From a virus, in IMG/VR virus record IMGVR_UViG_3300043778_000063, positions 8,707 to 72,706 of that record: DNA of 64,000 nt; one strand, given 5' to 3'. A program made the translations under genes and the position numbers. This document shows positions 8,662-17,391 of this stretch, in pieces (position 1 is the first letter of the stretch; each line of letters begins with the position of its first letter). A model generated the notes under the pieces. The model was not told the DNA's origin, did no database searches, and saw only the letters and a list, made by a program, of their open reading frames with translations.

Positions 8662-8862
8662 TCAGGAGCCCTTCCGAGCCTCCAGGAACGCGTCAATCGC
8701 GGCCCGGTCCTCCGGGTCGGCCACCTTCACCGCAAACGACGTGGCGCCAGCGGCGGGCTGGCGCGGGGCCGTTGCCTCGCGGAGCTCGTTCCGCTCGAGC
8801 GCGTACTGCCGGCGGGCCTTGGCGCGGCGGTCGACCTCTTTCTTGCGGAGATCACGCGGCAT
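8662..8862 (-). CDS. Hypothetical basic protein
   Basis: MPRDLRKK..., TGATG coupling. Confidence 0.6.
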   Translation of the reverse strand: MPRDLRKKEVDRRAKARRQYALERNELREATAPRQPAAGATSFAVKVADPEDRAAIDAFLEARKGS

Positions 8863-9065
8863 CAGTTGAGCCCGGCCGCTTCCTGGGCGGCCCACAGGAG
8901 GTCGAGGGCGCGGCAAAGGCGGCCTTCTATGCCCCGAATCACCTCATCCGTGAAGCTGCACCGCATGCTTCCAGGCGCAGCGGGCGCGCCGCGAATCAGC
9001 AATAGGGATTGTTGGCAGACACGCAGATTGAACCGCGCCAGGGTAACCACTTCAATCGGATCCAT
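8862..9065 (-). CDS. Hypothetical protein
   Basis: GGAGG RBS before MDPIEVV. Confidence 0.55.
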   Translation of the reverse strand: MDPIEVVTLARFNLRVCQQSLLLIRGAPAAPGSMRCSFTDEVIRGIEGRLCRALDLLWAAQEAAGLN

Positions 9066-9654
9066 CGTTTCCTCCTTTGCCATCGCGACGCAGCCAACAA
9101 AGTTCAGGTGCGGCGCCGTCATATCCGCGCTCCCATACCAGCCAGCAAAAGTCCATCTTGCCGCCTCCAGGTTTCAAGCCAGAGGCAATCGTGTGACCGG
9201 GCGGCATGCTCGGCCGCGGCGTCATCAGCCAGACCCGAATCAGCGGAGTTCCGCGCAGCCAGTGAGCGCCATTGAGGCGCGCGGTGGGGAAGATCATCGC
9301 TACTTTCTCGACGCGGTCCAGGGACAGCGCATGAAGGGCGAATCGACTCGCGATATTGAACGGAGGGTTGCAGACGATATGGCCCGCGAGCACACGCTGA
9401 GTTGTCAGGAAATCCTGTTTGCAAGCCAGCATGTGGAATCCTCGATCGGCGATATCCGTGCCAATCACATCCAGGCCAGCGCGAGCAGCCGCGATCGGGA
9501 TGCGCCCGAATCCGCAGCACGGATCCCAGACCCTCGGCGAAAAATTCTCTTCCTCAAACAACCTCTCGCTGCACCAAAAAGGCTCGACGTAATGCTCATT
9601 CGACTCGCGCGCCCATCTGTGCGCTTTTACCAGTGTCTTGCCCTTGGTCGCCAT
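9052..9654 (-). CDS. Small DNA N6-adenine methyltransferase
   Basis: VWDPCCGFG SAM motif, GTDI, QDFL, VCNPPF catalytic motif. Confidence 0.85.
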   Translation of the reverse strand: MATKGKTLVKAHRWARESNEHYVEPFWCSERLFEEENFSPRVWDPCCGFGRIPIAAARAGLDVIGTDIADRGFHMLACKQDFLTTQRVLAGHIVCNPPFNIASRFALHALSLDRVEKVAMIFPTARLNGAHWLRGTPLIRVWLMTPRPSMPPGHTIASGLKPGGGKMDFCWLVWERGYDGAAPELCWLRRDGKGGNDGSD

Positions 9655-9656
9655 GT

Positions 9657-10487
9657 TCAGACCCCGCAATGCCCTTCGCACTCATTTCCGAACAGATCAT
9701 TCTCGCCGCTCTTTGCCATAAGGTCAGCATGGGCGAGCGGGATGCGGCTATGATGCAGAAAAACCTCGCCATGGAAGCGTGCGACCTGAGCAGGCAAGCG
9801 GAGCCATCCGTCGAGTTCAAGGGTTTCGGACCACTCTTCCGGGCTGTCCCGCAGATCGCGCCATCCCTCATTGCCTTGGAACGGGCAGTATTTGCAGCGG
9901 GATTTCGGCGGGCGCCGATATTGGCGCTTTTCAAGCCAACTATAACAGCCTTGGCGGCTCATCCTCGCTTCGATGAGAATGTGGCGATTGTGGATGAAGC
10001 GGCATCCGCTAGGTTTGATCCGCTCGATTTCGTCGGTCGAGATGCCGATCCAACTTTCGACCGTATCGGGAGCAATATAGCCGCGCGGACCAACGCCCAA
10101 CAATTCGCGAATCATCCGCCTAATCGGGCGGATTTTCCAGTTTCGAGTGCAGTTCCGACCGCCCATACCGCCAGCGCCGACGAACCATGGGATACGAGCG
10201 CCGTCTTCATCACCCGCAACCAATGCCGCCTTGAGAGTGCGCGTTGGCCTTACTACGTGAATTGGAAAGGGAAGAACCCCCGGCGATGCCAGCCATGCCA
10301 GATGCTCGTAGACCGCTCTCGGCTCATCACCGGTATCGGCGAAGATCGCACAATCTGGCGCTGGAATTTCCCCGCGCGCGGCCATCAATGCAATAGTGGT
10401 GGACTGGACGCCGGCGCCGAGGCTCAAAACCCTGAGTTTTGGATTCGCCAGCGGGCGCGAAATGCCATCGTGCTGAAGTTCGATCAT
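9657..10487 (-). CDS. PAPS-reductase/PP-loop family protein with Cys cluster (phage type)
   Basis: LSLGAGVQST, IFADTGDE, CTRNWKI, WIGISTDE, PPKSRCKYCPF, NECEGHCGV. Confidence 0.8.
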   Translation of the reverse strand: MIELQHDGISRPLANPKLRVLSLGAGVQSTTIALMAARGEIPAPDCAIFADTGDEPRAVYEHLAWLASPGVLPFPIHVVRPTRTLKAALVAGDEDGARIPWFVGAGGMGGRNCTRNWKIRPIRRMIRELLGVGPRGYIAPDTVESWIGISTDEIERIKPSGCRFIHNRHILIEARMSRQGCYSWLEKRQYRRPPKSRCKYCPFQGNEGWRDLRDSPEEWSETLELDGWLRLPAQVARFHGEVFLHHSRIPLAHADLMAKSGENDLFGNECEGHCGV

Positions 10488-10490
10488 ATC

Positions 10491-10703
10491 CTATTCCGAG
10501 ATGATGGAGACGCCGAAATGCGCCCGCAGCAAACTGCTGTCGCGAAGTCCCTCCGCAATCACCTCGACTGGGCCGGGGATATCCCGATCGCCGGCTTCCC
10601 AGCGCCGCACCGCACGCCCGCTCGCGACGCGGACGAGCCGGGCAAAGGCCTCTGCGGAGAGGCCTAGGCTGCGGCGGATGGATTTGAGCTCAGAGGGGGT
10701 CAT
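10491..10703 (-). CDS. XRE/HigA-like HTH protein
   Basis: MTPSELKSIRRSLGLSAEAFARLV...VRRWEAGDRDIPGP. Confidence 0.85.
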   Translation of the reverse strand: MTPSELKSIRRSLGLSAEAFARLVRVASGRAVRRWEAGDRDIPGPVEVIAEGLRDSSLLRAHFGVSIISE

Positions 10704-10808
10704 GTCGAAATATCCATTGAAAATTATGTGCAGTCTTTCTTGGACCCGCGCACTGCACGGACGGGTTTGGCGCTGGGAGGACGCATGAACATCCTCCACG
10801 GCCAAGCT

Positions 10809-11000
10809 CTAGTGGGCGACCTCAACCGGCTTGCCGTCGAATTCAGTGGTATTGGCGGGCCACGCTTCGTCGCCGTCGTGCCAGGCTTGGTCTGATGCCA
10901 TCGCATCGCAGCCCTGGATGCCTTGGGTTTTCCAGTTTCCGGTCTGACCGTCGATGATGTCGTATGATTTGGTGATTTCGAGGTTTCGGAACTTGGCCAT
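10809..11000 (-). CDS. Small hypothetical protein
   Basis: GGAG RBS before MAKFRNL; downstream of a sigma70-like promoter. Confidence 0.6.
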   Translation of the reverse strand: MAKFRNLEITKSYDIIDGQTGNWKTQGIQGCDAMASDQAWHDGDEAWPANTTEFDGKPVEVAH

Positions 11001-11047
11001 CTGTCGTCTCCATCTCTGGCGGGCACCATTGCCCTGTCGACAAATGC

Positions 11048-11077
11048 AACATAGGGCCAAATGGACCATTCCGTCAA
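11048..11077 (-). promoter_or_regulatory. sigma70-type promoter of the 10491-11000 cassette
   Basis: Minus strand TTGACG-18-TATGTT with GGCCAA(A)TG repeats nearby. Confidence 0.55.
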
Positions 11078-11094
11078 GAGGCCAATGCAAAATT

Positions 11095-11418
11095 TTATGA
11101 ATATTTATCCCCGATGCCGGCGAATGCGCTCTCTGGATCACGGCGCACCGGAGCCCAAAGCGGCAGCCGGCGGCGCCGAGCGGCCTCCGCGGTCCGCCAG
11201 CGCTCGATCAGTTCGTATCCGAGCGGCGATGGCTTCACGAGCCAGCCGCGCCGGTGGATCAGCCCGGCCCGCGCCAGCGCCGCCAACGCGGCATCGAAAG
11301 CCGGGATACGATCGCCGCACGGCTTGACGCTCGCCCAGTCCCGACCCGCCACCGGGCTGTTGGGTCGGCATCCTCTGGAGATCGTGACTAGGACTTGCGT
11401 CAGATAGGCGGTGGACAT
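11095..11418 (-). CDS. Hypothetical winged-helix-like protein
   Basis: LAALARAGLI...LVKPSPLG. Confidence 0.5.
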   Translation of the reverse strand: MSTAYLTQVLVTISRGCRPNSPVAGRDWASVKPCGDRIPAFDAALAALARAGLIHRRGWLVKPSPLGYELIERWRTAEAARRRRLPLWAPVRRDPESAFAGIGDKYS

Positions 11419-11963
11419 GGCGGCAGGAACTCCCGAACCTCGATGCGCATGGCAGGCGTCGGGTCATAGCGCTTGATCACCCGCGCGTCGACGACCTGGC
11501 TGTCATCCCGCCAGACGATTTGATTCAAGGAATCTTGAACCAACTTCAGAAAATTGTCGCCATCGGGTTTTGACGTCGGCAAGATCGCGCCGGCACGCGC
11601 CTTGGCTTTATCGGTCTTGGACCAACTTTCGGGAATCGGTTTGAACGCGTGGACCAACAGCGCCACCGGGTTCTCGGTCGGCGCGCGCCCGCGCATGAAC
11701 AGCGCTGCAGCCTCGGCGAGGACTTTCTCGGCTTTCTCGGTAGTCGGATCGGGGTATTGCTGGATGAAGAGCTTCTTGACGTTCTCTTTGGGGATGAAGG
11801 AACTCCGCGCCGTGTGAACCCAGACCTCCCGCGGGATCACCAGCCGGGCCCGGTGCCGCGCCTTGTGCGCCGGCGGGCCCTCTAGTTCAAAGCACAGGAA
11901 GACATCAGGACCGGCCACGAGGGCCGGCCATTCGAGCGTCGGGAGGGTCGGCTGCGCGTCCAC
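11400..11963 (-). CDS. rusA: RusA Holliday junction resolvase
   Basis: KPDGDNFLKLVQDSLNQIVWRDDSQV. Confidence 0.9.
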   Translation of the reverse strand: MDAQPTLPTLEWPALVAGPDVFLCFELEGPPAHKARHRARLVIPREVWVHTARSSFIPKENVKKLFIQQYPDPTTEKAEKVLAEAAALFMRGRAPTENPVALLVHAFKPIPESWSKTDKAKARAGAILPTSKPDGDNFLKLVQDSLNQIVWRDDSQVVDARVIKRYDPTPAMRIEVREFLPPCPPPI

Positions 11964-11966
11964 GGC

Positions 11967-12458
11967 TCAGATAGGTCCGCCAGCGGCCTCGGCAACCTTG
12001 CGGGCGGCGGCGCCGATCTGGGTGACGTTGCCGCCCTCGGCCGCGCTGATATCGTCACCGGTCGCGCCCTTTCCCTTGCGGCCCTTGCGCGGCGGCTTGA
12101 CCGAATCGGCCGTCGCCGTGTCGATCTTGTCGTTGTCGAACATCTCCTCCTGCGCCTGGGCGCGCTTGAGGACGCCGAGCTTCTTGAGGCCGTCGATGAG
12201 GTGGTAAACCGTGACATGCAGGTCGAGGTCGTCCTCGATCGCGTCGAGAGCCAGGACGATCCGCATCGCGCGGCGGTCGACGTGTTCTTCCTCGACCAAA
12301 CGGGCCAGCACCTTGGAAAAGGTTCCATTCGCCGAAGATGCCCGCTTCTTTGCCGTTCGCTTCGCCTCGGCCGCCTCTTCCCATGCCGATTTCTTCGGGA
12401 ATATCAGCGTCGTGGCCTCGGTTACGCTTCCTTCTCCAGTTGCCGGTGATCTCGCCAT
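11967..12458 (-). CDS. GapR/DUF2312-like DNA-binding protein
   Basis: Helical segment ...LVEEEHVDRRAMRIVLAL... resembling GapR homologues; GAGGAG RBS. Confidence 0.5.
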   Translation of the reverse strand: MARSPATGEGSVTEATTLIFPKKSAWEEAAEAKRTAKKRASSANGTFSKVLARLVEEEHVDRRAMRIVLALDAIEDDLDLHVTVYHLIDGLKKLGVLKRAQAQEEMFDNDKIDTATADSVKPPRKGRKGKGATGDDISAAEGGNVTQIGAAARKVAEAAGGPI

Positions 12459-12480
12459 GTCGTCTCCTCAGGGTTGGGGT

Positions 12481-12699
12481 TCAGTTGAATGTGACGGTGC
12501 CGGCCTCGGCTCCGGAGGGGCGGTGCGCCTCATCGTCTTCAGCGAGCACGTCGTGAAGAAGGGGCGCTGCTACGCCGATCGGGTCCGCATGGCAAACGTC
12601 AGACAGGTTACGCAGGCGTGCGGCCGTCAGTGGGTCCAACGGGATGCTGATCCAGACGGTGTCTTGGGGGTCTTCCATCAGATTTTCCATGATTCGCAA
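12481..12699 (-). CDS. Small hypothetical protein (possible ribbon-helix-helix; cII position)
   Basis: WISIPLDPLTAARLRNLS... after cro. Confidence 0.5.
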   Translation of the reverse strand: MRIMENLMEDPQDTVWISIPLDPLTAARLRNLSDVCHADPIGVAAPLLHDVLAEDDEAHRPSGAEAGTVTFN

Positions 12700-12725
12700 T
12701 CCCTATCGGATTCGCGAATCGGGCG

Positions 12726-13010
12726 CTAGGAGCGCTTGTCGTCCACGAAGCCTGCGTCGATTTTTTTCCCCAACCTTCCGATGGGGGACGTCTGGGGCCA
12801 AGGCGCGCCTTTCGGCCATCTGGCCCGGAACCGATTCACCAACTGGTAGTACGTATTGACGCCGCACGAGATATCGCCGTTGAGAAACTCGCCGAAAAAG
12901 TCCCCATTTCCATGGATTTTCTTTCCCACGGTCACCATCGAAAGCCCGGTCGCCTCGGCGTAGGCCTGGGCGATCACGAATAGATTTTGGCGCATTGTTT
13001 GTTCTGACAT
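12726..13010 (-). CDS. Cro-like transcriptional regulator
   Basis: AYAEATGLSMVTVGKKIHGNGDFF...RWPKGAPWP typical of alphaproteobacterial phage Cro. Confidence 0.75.
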   Translation of the reverse strand: MSEQTMRQNLFVIAQAYAEATGLSMVTVGKKIHGNGDFFGEFLNGDISCGVNTYYQLVNRFRARWPKGAPWPQTSPIGRLGKKIDAGFVDDKRS

Positions 13011-13017
13011 GGCCGAC

Positions 13018-13097
13018 CGTCTAGCACCCGTGGAACAAATCGACAACCCGGAAATTTCAAAATTGTTGTGGACACAAGGGAGAATTATCCCTAGATT
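13018..13097. promoter_or_regulatory. Divergent early promoters with palindromic operator
   Basis: Plus: TGGACA(13069)-17-TAGATT with GGGAGAATTATCCC in the spacer; minus: TTGTCG(13046)-17-TAGACG just before cro ATG. Confidence 0.6.
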
Positions 13098-13133
13098 GAT
13101 CGGGCAACGTAACCCGGGAAAGGGGCGATTGAG

Positions 13134-13268
13134 ATGGACAGCAATATTTTGAATAATTTAGAGGCCGTGCAGAAGTTTTGCTTCCGCGCGGCCCTTTACT
13201 TTTTGGCGCTCGGCGCCACCGTCACGGCCCTCGCCGTTTGCGGCGCGATGTACGTCGGCCTGATCTGA
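13134..13268 (+). CDS. Small membrane protein (44 aa, not in ORF track)
   Basis: MDSNILNNLEAVQKFCFRAALYFLALGATVTALAVCGAMYVGLI; first ORF after the rightward promoter. Confidence 0.55.
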   Translation: MDSNILNNLEAVQKFCFRAALYFLALGATVTALAVCGAMYVGLI

Positions 13269-13468
13269 TGCCGTATGTATATTGCAACCAACTGATGGCC
13301 GACGATAGCGTGACACCGAGACGCGTGCTTGGGACTTTCAGCAGCCATTGGGCTGCATGCGCGGCGATGATCCGATTGAGCGATCCGGACTTCAAATCGC
13401 TCGGCGGCGACAAGCCGGAAGATCTCGCCACCGAATCGAAAATCCACCATATCGTCGGCCTGATCTGA
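13253..13468 (+). repeat. 16-bp direct repeat CGTCGGCCTGATCTGA
   Basis: Exact copies at 13253-13268 and 13453-13468. Confidence 0.85.
13268..13468 (+). CDS. Hypothetical protein
   Basis: TGATG-coupled, MPYVYCNQ...VGLI. Confidence 0.55.
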   Translation: MPYVYCNQLMADDSVTPRRVLGTFSSHWAACAAMIRLSDPDFKSLGGDKPEDLATESKIHHIVGLI

Positions 13469-13475
13469 GGATCCC

Positions 13476-14096
13476 ATGACGACCGCCAAAAAGGATCGAT
13501 TCGCCAAGTTCAAGGAATGGATCGTCGCGCGCGGTGCGGAACTGATGGCCCCGACCAATGAGTGGGAAGCCGTCCGATTCCGCGGAGAGGGACGCACATC
13601 AATCATCTATGTGAGCAAGGCCGGCAATATCACATTCACCGGCGAAGCCCGTGCGGCATGGGATGCTTTCGAGGCCGGTGGCCATTATCGCTTCGCTCCA
13701 CGCGCGCGCCGTGATCGTTTTGCCGCTCGCGCTTCAGTGGTCACACTGACGCTACTGGATCGTGACGGGCCGCGCTGCTTCTATTGCGCGGTCGATTTCT
13801 CGGATGATGTCAAACCGACGAAGGAACATCTCGTTCCGATCACCGCTGGCGGTCCGGATCATCTTGGAAATCTATTTCTCGCTTGCGAGCCTTGCAATCG
13901 CGATGTCGGGCACCGCTCGGCGGCGGAGAAGATTCGTTACCGCGATTTGAAACGGCGCGGTGCCGGAACGGCTCTGTTGATCGACATCCGGCCAATTCTT
14001 TGCGAACTCAACGGCGCGACGCCGACCGAGCTCATCGGCCGACTCGATGCCATCATCCACCACCAACCAAAGGACAACTCCGATGCCACTCCCTGA
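13476..14096 (+). CDS. HNH endonuclease with N-terminal domain
   Basis: RDGPRCFYC...TKEHLVP..GGPDHLGNLFLACEPCN. Confidence 0.88.
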   Translation: MTTAKKDRFAKFKEWIVARGAELMAPTNEWEAVRFRGEGRTSIIYVSKAGNITFTGEARAAWDAFEAGGHYRFAPRARRDRFAARASVVTLTLLDRDGPRCFYCAVDFSDDVKPTKEHLVPITAGGPDHLGNLFLACEPCNRDVGHRSAAEKIRYRDLKRRGAGTALLIDIRPILCELNGATPTELIGRLDAIIHHQPKDNSDATP

Positions 14097-14580
14097 AGGC
14101 TACCTTCCACGTCAGGACGACGAACTGCTGATCCGAGTCAAAGTCTCATACGATTGTGATGATGGCGAAAGCGATGTGCACATCCGACTTGTCGGCGCCG
14201 AGCACAAGACCGCAGTCCTCGGTCTGAGTAGCATCCACGCGCTGCATCTTCGTAATTGGCGGATCGGCGATACCATTTCCTATCCCTCCCTGTTCGAAGG
14301 CCCCGCCGAAGTGCTCGCGATCGACGGCCACGAAGTTTGGGTCCGCGACACCGAGAACCAGCGATGGACCATCGAGGCGAACGAGCTTGAAGCATACGTC
14401 GAGCCCGCGCCGGACGCGCTCACCGTCACCCCCATCTCGGGTGAAGTGAAGATCGGAGACACGATCACCGGCGCCGGGAATCCATACTATCCCGACGACG
14501 GCAAGATCGTCGCTGTCCTGCCGCCGTCCCCGCCCGCCGTCGATGCCGCTTCGATCGGCGACGATGACATGCCGATCTGA
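14083..14580 (+). CDS. Hypothetical protein with SSB-like acidic tail
   Basis: Beta-rich body, Pro-rich linker, ends DDDMPI. Confidence 0.7.
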   Translation: MPLPEGYLPRQDDELLIRVKVSYDCDDGESDVHIRLVGAEHKTAVLGLSSIHALHLRNWRIGDTISYPSLFEGPAEVLAIDGHEVWVRDTENQRWTIEANELEAYVEPAPDALTVTPISGEVKIGDTITGAGNPYYPDDGKIVAVLPPSPPAVDAASIGDDDMPI

Positions 14581-14621
14581 CGAATCGGATCCGATCGCAA
14601 CCAACCCAGAAGGAATCTCTG

Positions 14622-15512
14622 ATGTCTGATCTAAACCCACGCGCCGGGATCGGCGACAACGTCCAATCAATCGATTGGGCCGGGACGGAAACCGCCCGCC
14701 TGCAACTCGACTATGCGTACATCGGCAAATCGGTCGAGGAATTGCTTTCCGAGGCTGCCAAGTTCGAAGTCGTTACCGACGACGACGACAAGGGCAAGGT
14801 CACCAGCCTAATCAAGCGCATCCGCGATGAGGCCAAGCGAATCAATGGCCTGCACGAAATCGAGAAGGCTCCCCACTTCCGCCGCGGCCAGGCCGTCGAC
14901 CAGTTTTTCTTCGGCGCCGAGGACAAGCTCCTGAAGCGGGACAAGAAAGCGAAGGATGGTGCGGCCGACCGACTGGGATCGATCCTGACTGCCTATGATG
15001 TCCGCAAACTCGCCGAGGAGCAGGAGCGACGCCGCAAGGAAGCCGCTGAGGCCGCCAGGATCGCCTATGCCGCCGAGCAAGAGCGCCTCCGGCTCGAGCG
15101 GGAGGCCGAGGAAGCCAGATTGGCCGCCGAGCGCGCAAGGAAGCCGGAGACCACAGCGGCGAAGGCTGAGATTGCGGAGCAGAAGGCGGATGAGGCCAGC
15201 GCTGCGCGGGTCGATGAGGCCGTCGCAACTGCCGCCGCCGAGGAAGCCTATGTAGCAACACTGGCGCGGCCAGCCGACATCATGCGAGCTCGCGGCGATG
15301 ACGGAACCCTGTCGACCATGGGGACCGAGAAGTTCGCGGAAGTCACCGATCGGACCAAGATCGATTTGGAAAAGCTCCGGTCCTACCTGCCGATCGCAGC
15401 GATCGAGACCGCGCTCCGGAAATACGCCGAATCGGTCGGCTACAGCAACGATGCCTCGGTTCAGATCGCAGGCGCGCGATTCGGCAAGAAGCCTAAGTCT
15501 AAGGTGTATTGA
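14622..15512 (+). CDS. Coiled-coil protein (possibly Gam/Gp157-like)
   Basis: RAGIGDN N-terminal motif, long E/A/R coiled coil, recombination-module context. Confidence 0.65.
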   Translation: MSDLNPRAGIGDNVQSIDWAGTETARLQLDYAYIGKSVEELLSEAAKFEVVTDDDDKGKVTSLIKRIRDEAKRINGLHEIEKAPHFRRGQAVDQFFFGAEDKLLKRDKKAKDGAADRLGSILTAYDVRKLAEEQERRRKEAAEAARIAYAAEQERLRLEREAEEARLAAERARKPETTAAKAEIAEQKADEASAARVDEAVATAAAEEAYVATLARPADIMRARGDDGTLSTMGTEKFAEVTDRTKIDLEKLRSYLPIAAIETALRKYAESVGYSNDASVQIAGARFGKKPKSKVY

Positions 15513-15513
15513 G

Positions 15514-15852
15514 ATGGTCCGCACCGGATGGATTGGCGATCGGAACTGCAGCGGCTGCCGCTATTGGTCCGAGATGATCGCGATGGTTCAGGCCGGCGAA
15601 GTCGTCGCAATGTGCCTCGGAACCGACGCCCTGAAGGGCCGCTATACGACCGAGCGCCAGACCTGCGGGGCATTCGCTCGGAACACCCATGGCGCCGTGG
15701 ACGATCCGCCCGACTATGGCGAAGAAGTCCGCGCGATGTACGCAGCGCAGGCCGCTGAGAAATACCCCAATGGCGCACCGAAATACGCCGCCGATGGGAC
15801 AATGCTGGACGACCGCGGCGCGCGGTCAATCTTCGACGATGTCGACCTTTGA
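15514..15852 (+). CDS. Hypothetical Cys-rich protein
   Basis: CSGCRYW...C...C. Confidence 0.6.
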   Translation: MVRTGWIGDRNCSGCRYWSEMIAMVQAGEVVAMCLGTDALKGRYTTERQTCGAFARNTHGAVDDPPDYGEEVRAMYAAQAAEKYPNGAPKYAADGTMLDDRGARSIFDDVDL

Positions 15853-15863
15853 GGAGAAAAGAC

Positions 15864-16196
15864 ATGATAATCATCATCAACCCAGGTACTGAAGCAAAAT
15901 CTGGCGCCACCGAAGCGAACGCCATGATCATCTGCGATCGGATTTGCGATGACCTCGAAATCGATCGCGCAACTGTGTTTCGCCAATCGGCCGCAGACGA
16001 TGTGGCCGGAGGATGGTTTGGGTTCTCGTTCGCGAAGCCAAATGGTGATCGGTTCGAAGTCGATATCCCAGGCGACGATCCCGACCAAGTGTGCGAGGGG
16101 CGGCCATTCAAATCTCGGCGTCTCTACGTCGATGGTTCAAGTTGGCTTTACGGCTACGCTTTGAACCGAATCGAAGAACGAACGAAGGGAGAATAG
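15864..16196 (+). CDS. Hypothetical protein
   Basis: GAGGAG RBS; RLYVDGSSWLY motif. Confidence 0.7.
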   Translation: MIIIINPGTEAKSGATEANAMIICDRICDDLEIDRATVFRQSAADDVAGGWFGFSFAKPNGDRFEVDIPGDDPDQVCEGRPFKSRRLYVDGSSWLYGYALNRIEERTKGE

Positions 16197-16201
16197 GAGC
16201 C

Positions 16202-16393
16202 ATGAAGCAATATTCAATCGTAGGCCAGAAGCACCGCGGGCTTGACCCGTATCTGGCCGGCACGTTGCCGGGCGTTCCGGTCACCCTGGTTCGGGAGCCG
16301 ATGAACCAATACGACCCCATCGCGGATCTTATGAAGCGCCTCAAGGTCGCGCTCGAAGCGTCCGCCGATTGGTGCGATCAGATCCCGTTCTGA
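16202..16393 (+). CDS. Truncated HIRAN-like protein with DxIPF tail
   Basis: IVGQKHR...VTLVREPMNQYDP is the HIRAN N-half; ends CDQIPF. Confidence 0.55.
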   Translation: MKQYSIVGQKHRGLDPYLAGTLPGVPVTLVREPMNQYDPIADLMKRLKVALEASADWCDQIPF

Positions 16394-17391
16394 TGGTCTC
16401 TCCGATGACATTCGGGCCAGCGATGGAGCGCCCGAGATGCGGTGATTGTTCCGAATTCCGAGATGGTTGGTATTGCACGATGAACTGCGGTCCATCGGTG
16501 CCGATGAAGGGAAAAGAAATGGCCGCCGAGATGAAAGACGTCACGCCGACGAAAGAGCGCGTCAGAGTCCTGAATGCGACAGATGAGACGAGCCGCAAAA
16601 ATCCAATTGCCATGCGATCGCAGCCAAAGAATGTGCTCGCGATCATTGCGGATGCGGCGGCTAATCCGGCCATCAATCCGGCCACGATGCGCGAGCTCCT
16701 CGATATGCAGAAGGAAATCGTGGCAGAACAGGCGAGGCTCGCCTACACCGAGGCGAAGTTGGCCCTGAAGCGAAAGCTTCCCGTCATCAACAAGGATGGT
16801 CGAATCGAATTCAAGGACAAGGGCGCCGGCAAAGCCACGCTCCGATTCGCCAGCTTCGAAAATATAAACGAGATCATCGGGCCGCTGCTCGACGAGTTCG
16901 GATTTGATCTTTGGTTCTCCTCTGAACCCGGGCTGGCCGGAATGATAAACGTGATCGGGCATCTCGATCACAAAAGAGGTCATACCCGCGAGACGACGTT
17001 TCCGATGCCTCACGACGCCTCAGGAGGCAAGAGCGGTGCCCAGGGTTGGGCAAGCGCATTCTCTTTCGGCAAGCGCATCACAACAATCGGGCTTCTCAAT
17101 ATCCAGACGCGGGCGATGGAGGATCGCGATCGGGATGGCAGCGAGAAGAATCTGAAGCGCGCCAAGGGCGGCGGCCTGGCTGAGGTCCCCGACGAGGTCC
17201 CAACGATCACGGCTGCGCAAAAGGAAACGCTGCTGGAAAAGATCAATTGGTGCGGCGTCTCCCTCGCCAAATTCCACGAGCACTACGGCATCGAGAAGAC
17301 CGCAGACCTCCCCGCGAATCTCTTCGATGCTGCGGTGAAGGCCTGCGAAGATTTCCACGCGAACAAGCAGGCTAAGGAACGTCATGGCTAA
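16393..17391 (+). CDS. erf: ERF-family single-strand annealing protein (with in-frame Cys-rich N-extension; alternative start 16519)
   Basis: FASFENINEIIGPLL..FG, LDHKRGH, AQGWASAFSFGKR, DRDG. Confidence 0.85.
   Translation: MVSPMTFGPAMERPRCGDCSEFRDGWYCTMNCGPSVPMKGKEMAAEMKDVTPTKERVRVLNATDETSRKNPIAMRSQPKNVLAIIADAAANPAINPATMRELLDMQKEIVAEQARLAYTEAKLALKRKLPVINKDGRIEFKDKGAGKATLRFASFENINEIIGPLLDEFGFDLWFSSEPGLAGMINVIGHLDHKRGHTRETTFPMPHDASGGKSGAQGWASAFSFGKRITTIGLLNIQTRAMEDRDRDGSEKNLKRAKGGGLAEVPDEVPTITAAQKETLLEKINWCGVSLAKFHEHYGIEKTADLPANLFDAAVKACEDFHANKQAKERHG

Noticed and set aside
9657-10487. cysH auxiliary metabolic gene or full Dnd phosphorothioation system
   Set aside because: No other cys, dnd or ssp genes; context is DNA methylation and replication
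8620-10667. Long plus-strand ORFs 8620-9753 (377 aa) and 9402-10667 (421 aa)
   Set aside because: Antisense shadows of the MTase and PP-loop genes in high-GC DNA; no motifs or RBS
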